A stretch of 64,000 nt of DNA from an uncultured Gemmatimonadales bacterium. Its GTDB lineage: Bacteria > Gemmatimonadota > Gemmatimonadetes > Gemmatimonadales > Gemmatimonadaceae. Location: the NCBI GenBank assembly GCA_963793305.1, contig CAWBZV010000003.1:1088001-1152000 (forward strand), written 5' to 3'. Positions within the stretch are counted from its first letter, which is position 1; each line of letters opens with the position of its first letter. Shown one piece after another: positions 58,173 to 64,000 of the stretch. The translations under genes were made by a program, and so were the position numbers. Below the pieces are notes generated by a model. That model made no database searches. It was not told the DNA's origin and was given only the letters and a program-made list of their open reading frames with translations.

Positions 58173-60034
58173 GTGCGCTCAGTAGCGCTCATGCTCTGTG
58201 TGTGTGCCGCGACGGCCGCCGGTCAAGCGGGCGGCACGCTCGTGACCACGATCGTCGAGCGGGAGACGCACGCTCCGCTTGGCTTTAGCACGGTCACGGT
58301 GACGGCGGTCGGGCGAAGCGACTCGGTCGCTCGATTCACGGACGACGCCGGCCAGACGCTGTTTGCCCCACTGGCACCCGGCCGATATCGGATTCGGGCG
58401 CGCGAGCTCGGATTCGCGCCCGCCGATACGGTCGTCGACTTCGCCGACAATGTCCCGCACTGGGGTGTCGTGCTCACGCTGCACGCGATACCGCAGCAGT
58501 TGGAGACGGTCGACGTGCGTGAGCAGGGCGTCTGCCGGCAACCGGGCATACCGGACGAGATCGCGTCGCAGATTCACGAGAACGCCCAATCGCGCGCGTC
58601 TGCTCGCCGCCGCGTATCCGTACTATTACCAGCGCGAGGAGCACATCGCGAACGCGTACGACACGGCGACGTACGACAGTCGAAGCTACGTCACGTACCG
58701 CGTCGGTCACTGGTGCATGCGACGCGCGATCCCCATGGCGCGCGAGTGGTGGTCGTCGTCGCTGCCGCACCTTCAGGATCTCGCCGATAGCGGATTTCAG
58801 CGCGTCCACTGTTTTGGTATGCGGGCGCGATAGCTCCGGCGTCCGAATCGATGTCGAGCCGTTCGTCACGCTCGGCGACGCCGACGTCGCGGCGCGGTTC
58901 TATCTCGATCCGGAGCACTTCGTCGTCCGTCGCGCGACGTTTCGGGTGACCCACACCGAGCGCATCGACCCGACGCTCGAGTCGCAGGTCGTCGAGACGC
59001 GATATCGCGAGTTGGCTCCGCTGGTCGCGGTGCCCGATTCGATCGTCTCGACGACCAAAATGCGGGCGCCATGGCAGGGAGGGACACGCACGATCGTCGA
59101 GCAGGATCGGCTGATCACCGTCTGGGACGTGACCGGCGTGATGGCGGATAGCTCGGGCGGTAAGGCGGTGGCTGCCTTGCTCGACTCCGCCAGCACCGAC
59201 GCTCCGCCAGGGCAGTCGACGCGCAACGTCCACGGCCGGTTGATCGCCGCCGACAGCGCGCCGCTCGTCGGCGCGCATGTCGAGATCCTGGGGCTGCACA
59301 TGGCGGCGGTCGCGGGCGACAGCGGGCAGTTCGACCTCCATGACGTCCCAATCAGCGAGCAGACGTTGTTCATTCGCCGGATCGGGTACCGGCCGACGAC
59401 GGCCACGCTGCCTGCCACGACGCGCCGCGTCACGATCCGGATTCCGGCGTCGAGCGTCGTGACGTTGGATCCCGTGGTGGTGCAGGCGCAGCGTACGGCG
59501 GCCGCGTATCACCAGATCGGGTTCGATTTACGCCGGAAGACGGAGCGCGGGTTCTTCCTCGACGCCGATCAGATCAAGCGTCTGGGCGCATCCAAGTTGT
59601 TCGAGCTGGCCGCGCGCGCGCCCTGGATACGATACGTCCACCCCGGTGGGGTGCAGGCGGCGTCCCCTGCACCGTCACTGCGCGCTTTGACTCCCCAGCA
59701 GGGGCTGACGCGGGCCGGCGCCGGTCACGATGAAGACGCGCTGGGGCCGCACATCGCGTCCGATTCGTTGCGGGTCGAAGGCGATGTGTCGTGCCTGGGT
59801 ACGGGCTGCGCTCCGTGCCTCAGCTACTTTGCCGACGGGCAGATGATCCGCGACGGCGAATCCATTCATCCGTCGCTCACATTCCGCGACATCGAGGCGC
59901 AGTACCCGCCGGACCGAATCGCGGCGCTTGAGGTGTATGAGCCGTACGCGGTCCCATCGGCGATCAGCGCGCAGGGCGGCGCCGGATGCGCGGTGATCAT
60001 GATCTGGACGAAGCGATATCTGGGGATCGAGTAG
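58173..60034 (+). CDS. Secreted protein with two carboxypeptidase-regulatory-like domains and a plug-like C-terminus; frameshifts near 58586 and 58820
   Basis: FTDDAG...PGRYRIRARELGF; RRIGYRP; GF..RR...GFF; IAALEVY; CAVIMIWTK across three frames. Confidence 0.7.
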
Positions 60035-60977
60035 CTAGGCTGATCGGTTCAACAGGGGCTCGCCGCGGCGAAATCGCTCGATGTTGGCGGTAAACCCGTC
60101 GACGATCTCGCCGTAGGAGCGGTCGGTCACTCCGGCGATGTGCGGGGTCGCGATGACGTTCGGCAACGCCAACAGCGGGTCGTCCGGCGACACCGGCTCC
60201 TGCCAGAAGACATCGAGTGCCGCACCCGCGAGTCGCCCACTCTCGAGCGCGTCATACAGCGCCCGGTAGTCAACCAAGGGACCCCGGGCGGCGTTCACGA
60301 AATACGCCCCTTTGGGTAGCTGCCCGAATACCGCCGCATCCACGATTCCCTTCGTGGCCTCGCTCAGCCGAATGCATGGCACCAGGATGTCGGTCTGCGC
60401 GAGACACGCGGCGCGATCGCCGGGAGCGTAGCAGGCATCGAGGCCATACGCCGCGACCTTCGGGGACGACGGATCGCGCGTGATCCCGAGCAGCTTCACG
60501 CCCATCGGACGGAACCGCAGGGCCAACGAGAGTGCGGTCGCTCCCAGTCCCCACAGGCACACCGTGCGGCCCGCGAGCATGCGGCCTTGTGGCGCTCCCA
60601 ACGTACGCGTGCGGATGTTGGCTTGGGCCAGCGGCAACTCCCTGAGCAGCGCGAGCACCAGCATCAACACATGCTCGGCCACCGACTCGGCATTGCTACC
60701 CGACGCCGGCAGGGCCGCCACGGGAATCTGCCGCTCGCGCGCGGCGACCAAATCAACGCCCTCGAGCCCAGACCCGACCTGCTGAATGAGCCTCGGCCGC
60801 AGCGCGTCCATTACGACCGCATCGATCCTGAACATCATGGGAACGAGGACGTCGATGTCGGTCATTTCGGGAATGACGTTCCGGTCGCGCCAGAACGTCG
60901 AGCTCATCAGACGGAAGCCGCTCGGCGATCATCGCCCGAGCCGACGGGAACGTCTCCCCTCCAAACACAATGCGCAT
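60035..60977 (-). CDS. D-isomer 2-hydroxyacid dehydrogenase, +1 frameshift at 60875-60899
   Basis: NAESVAEH, GLGATA, VNAARG, LDVF..EP, TPHIAG; N-terminus in a different frame. Confidence 0.87.
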
Positions 60978-61020
60978 TGGCGTTGATTTATTCTATTGAT
61001 TTGACGAAATTGGAGATCCT

Positions 61021-62496
61021 ATGCGAGCTGAGCCATTACGTGCCGTTCTGGTGCTGGGTCTCGCCGCATGCGGCAGCGCCAGCACCACACCCTCCGGTAC
61101 AAAGCCACCGCCGGTAACGTCGGTCGGCGACACGATCACTGTCGATCCCTCGTCTTCCGGCCCGACGATCTCCTCGCTCGTCCTCGGCGCCAACATGGCG
61201 ATGTGGTACGACATCACCCAACCCGGCATCGCCTCGAGCCTCCAGACCGCCGGCTTCGCCGCGACGCGCTGGCCCGGTGGGTCGGAGTCCGACTCCTACT
61301 ATTGGAAACGCAACGTCGTGTGCTCGGGCGGAGGATACACGAGCCCCAACTCGACGTTCGATCACTTCATGGCCGACGTCGCGCAGCCCGCACACCTGGA
61401 CGTCGCCATTACGCTGAACTACGGCAGCGACTCGACGTGCGCGCTGCCCGGCGATCCAGCGGTCGCCGCGGCGTGGGTCGCCTATGCTCACGCGCAAAAT
61501 TATCAGATCACGCACTGGACCGTGGGCAATGAGAGCTACGGTCACTGGGAGACCGACCTTCACGCGAATCAATGGGACCCGACGACGTACGCCGCGGCGG
61601 TGAAGAATGGCTACTACCCGCAGATCAAGACCGCCGACGCCACGGCCCTCGTCGGCGTCGTCGTCTCCGGCGGTGGATTCAACAACTGGGACCAGACCGT
61701 CCTGGCGAACGCGCCATACGACTACGTCGAGCTCCACTACTACGATCAAAACCCGGGCTCGGAGTCTGATACGGGTCTCATCCTGCATGGAGCCAGCCGA
61801 CTCGCGACCGCCGTGCAGACGGTACAGACTGAGCTGTCGCAAGCCGGAAAAGCCGGCGTGCCGATCTACGTTGGCGAGCTGGGCTCCGTCAACACCAATC
61901 CCGGCAAGCAGACGATGTCGATCACCCAAGCGCTCTACGCCGCTCAAGCGATCGGCACGCTGATGCAACTCGGCGTCCCGCGCGCGACGTGGTGGCTCGC
62001 GCTCGGCGGTTGCAACACATCGTCCACCGGCAATTTCTCGTCGTCCCTCTACGGATGGCAGAGCTTCGCCGGCTACATGATCCTCTCCGACGGCATCCCG
62101 ACGCCCTACGAGTGCACCGGCGAACCCAACGTCCCACTCGGCACGCTGCTCCCGACCGCCCGCGCCTATCAGGTGCTCTCCCAGTTCGCCGTCACCGGCG
62201 AACACATGGTCGCCGTCTCACTCGGCGACTCCTTACCGACCATCCGCGCCTGGGCCGCAACGTCGGGCTCAGGCTACGCGCTTCTGCTGGTGAACGTCGA
62301 TCGTGCCACGACGAAGACGGCGCCCTTGATCATCAAGGGGCACTCATTGCCCGCGAGTGTGACCGTCACGACCTACGGCAAAGCGCAGTACGACGACTCC
62401 AAGAACAACATCTGGACCAGTCCGACGCAATCGACCGTCACCACCGGCTCGATTACGTTGCCACCATGGAGCCTGACGGTCGTCCGGGCGCCCTGA
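61021..62496 (+). CDS. Lipoprotein glycoside hydrolase, clan GH-A-like
   Basis: Lipobox LAAC; RWPGGS, WTVGNE (acid/base), YVGE (nucleophile), TLPPWSLTVV. Confidence 0.8.
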   Translation: MRAEPLRAVLVLGLAACGSASTTPSGTKPPPVTSVGDTITVDPSSSGPTISSLVLGANMAMWYDITQPGIASSLQTAGFAATRWPGGSESDSYYWKRNVVCSGGGYTSPNSTFDHFMADVAQPAHLDVAITLNYGSDSTCALPGDPAVAAAWVAYAHAQNYQITHWTVGNESYGHWETDLHANQWDPTTYAAAVKNGYYPQIKTADATALVGVVVSGGGFNNWDQTVLANAPYDYVELHYYDQNPGSESDTGLILHGASRLATAVQTVQTELSQAGKAGVPIYVGELGSVNTNPGKQTMSITQALYAAQAIGTLMQLGVPRATWWLALGGCNTSSTGNFSSSLYGWQSFAGYMILSDGIPTPYECTGEPNVPLGTLLPTARAYQVLSQFAVTGEHMVAVSLGDSLPTIRAWAATSGSGYALLLVNVDRATTKTAPLIIKGHSLPASVTVTTYGKAQYDDSKNNIWTSPTQSTVTTGSITLPPWSLTVVRAP

Positions 62497-62912
62497 TACA
62501 TCGCGGGCTGGTCGCGGCACTCGTGGTCGCGATCGGCCTGAGCTTTCTCTTTTTCCGACCGGCCGGACGCGATTGGCTTGGCGTGCTTCTCGGCGCCGAA
62601 ACGCTATCCGTTATCGCGCTGGCACTGCTGTTGGTGTTCCGCACCGGGGGACCCCGATTGGCGGCCACAGGCGTCACGTTCGTTGCCGCGTTCATTCCGA
62701 CATGCGAGGGTGTCCTGATCGGGCATTATCCAGGCGGCAGTCCGGGACCCGCGCCGCCCTCCAGCGTCCCGCTCGTCCTCGCGAATCTCGCGGTCATGGT
62801 GCTCGCGGCTCTCAGCTTTCGCGACGAGGATCGGCCCACCATGGTCGTCATGCTCATGGCGACGGGCCTCACGATCGTCGCGATCGGCACGATCGACCTG
62901 TTGTATCGCTAG
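62493..62912 (+). CDS. Hypothetical membrane protein
   Basis: About five hydrophobic segments; start uncertain. Confidence 0.5.
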   Translation: MIHRGLVAALVVAIGLSFLFFRPAGRDWLGVLLGAETLSVIALALLLVFRTGGPRLAATGVTFVAAFIPTCEGVLIGHYPGGSPGPAPPSSVPLVLANLAVMVLAALSFRDEDRPTMVVMLMATGLTIVAIGTIDLLYR

Positions 62913-62980
62913 CTCGCCAGAGGCCGTAGCCGTCCGTTCACTCTGACGCCGGCGTGTGACATTGGCAATATTTGCATCCT

Positions 62981-64000
62981 ATGCCGATGCTCATTGCCTT
63001 GACCACACTCCTCGCCGCCACGACGCCGCGCGTCGAAGTCGTGGTCCCCGCCTCCGTGCACGCCGAGCCGATCACGGGCCGCGTGTTCGTCTTCTTCTCG
63101 CACGACTCCACGCCGGAGCCAAGACTGCAATCCGGCGGCATGGTGAGCGTGCCGTTCTTCGGCCAAGATGTCGACCAGCTCGCGCCGGGCACGCCGGGGG
63201 TCATCGACCTCAACTCGCAGGGATATCCCCTGCAGTCGATGTCGTCTCTGCCGCCGGGTGACTACTACGCGCAGGCGATTGTCAGCGTGTACACGAAGTT
63301 CGCGCGCGCCGACGGCCACACGATCTGGGCGCACATGGACGAGTGGGAAGGGCAGCAGTTCAATACCGCGCCGGGCACGCTCGTCAGCGCCGTGCAGCGC
63401 GTGCATGTCGATGCGGCCGGTGCCGTGTCGGCGCATTTCGAGGTCTCGCGCGTGCTGCCGCCCGTCCAAATGCCGCCGGACGACAAGTACGTCAAGCGCG
63501 TGAAGATCCAGAGTCAGATCCTCACCAAATGGTGGGGCCACCCGATGTACCTCGGCGCGGTCGTGCTGCTCCCAAAGAGCTACGACGAGCACCCGACCGA
63601 GAAATACCCGGCGATCTGGGAGCAAGGGCACTTCTCGCTCAGCGCGCCATTCGGGTTCACGTTCGATACCGAGTCGACAGCGCGACGGGTTCGGCGAAGC
63701 CAAGGCTCGGCGCGCGAGTCGGGCGCCGAGTTCGCGAAGTCGTGGTTGAGCGACGGGTTCCCGCAGATGGTCGCGTTCCGCATTCTGCATCCGTCGCCCT
63801 ACTACGACGACTCGTACGCCGTGAACTCGGCCAACAACGGCCCCTATGGCGACGCGATCATGCAGGAGCTGATCCCGTATCTCGAAACGCATTTTCGCGT
63901 GATTCGCGACCCCAGCGCGCGCGTGCTGACGGGCGGCTCGACGGGAGGCTGGGAAGCGCTCGCGCTCCAGGTCTATCACCCGGACTTCTTCGGTGGCACC
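62981..64000 (+). CDS. Secreted alpha/beta-hydrolase (putative esterase), truncated by window end
   Basis: Signal peptide; PITGRVF, VLLPKSY, NSANNGPYG, GGSTGGW nucleophile elbow. Confidence 0.85.
   Translation, partial: MPMLIALTTLLAATTPRVEVVVPASVHAEPITGRVFVFFSHDSTPEPRLQSGGMVSVPFFGQDVDQLAPGTPGVIDLNSQGYPLQSMSSLPPGDYYAQAIVSVYTKFARADGHTIWAHMDEWEGQQFNTAPGTLVSAVQRVHVDAAGAVSAHFEVSRVLPPVQMPPDDKYVKRVKIQSQILTKWWGHPMYLGAVVLLPKSYDEHPTEKYPAIWEQGHFSLSAPFGFTFDTESTARRVRRSQGSARESGAEFAKSWLSDGFPQMVAFRILHPSPYYDDSYAVNSANNGPYGDAIMQELIPYLETHFRVIRDPSARVLTGGSTGGWEALALQVYHPDFFGGT

Noticed and set aside
1666..63979. Many long antisense or alternate-frame ORFs (e.g. 1666..3201, 12908..14281, 30144..31544, 62909..63979)
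   Set aside because: Arg/Ala/Pro-rich shadows of real genes, expected in high-GC DNA
1..64000. CRISPR arrays, tRNA/rRNA genes, transposases, integrases
   Set aside because: No repeat-spacer periodicity, RNA gene signature or recombinase motif recognised by eye

Overview
GC-rich bacterial DNA. The gene content (SusC/SusD pair, PadR plus duplicated FtsX/MacB-type permease, many secreted hydrolases, apparently leaderless genes) suggests Gemmatimonadota or Acidobacteriota; this is an inference. About 55 coding regions; no rRNA, tRNA, CRISPR array or transposase recognised. Highlights: (1) A merA-less, Hg-type MerR mini-operon (11050->9567) whose last gene appears to be a hidden selenoprotein: a MerT-like transporter fused to a thioredoxin-like domain with an in-frame UGA in a UxxC motif, followed by a SECIS-like hairpin. 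(2) A ~9.3 kb block (47.3-56.7 kb) with an apparently exported TPR-CHAT caspase-like protease, an ECF sigma/anti-sigma pair, a candidate substrate, a predicted outer-membrane protein and an Ig-like lipoprotein. (3) A structured, SD-sequestering leader RNA upstream of an ankyrin gene. (4) A Ser/Thr kinase-ABC permease fusion and a sigma/permease chimeric relic. (5) Several readable operators (two SoxR-like boxes, a MerR box, a PadR palindrome, LytTR 21-bp repeats). Seven frameshifts in six otherwise intact genes are probably sequencing errors.
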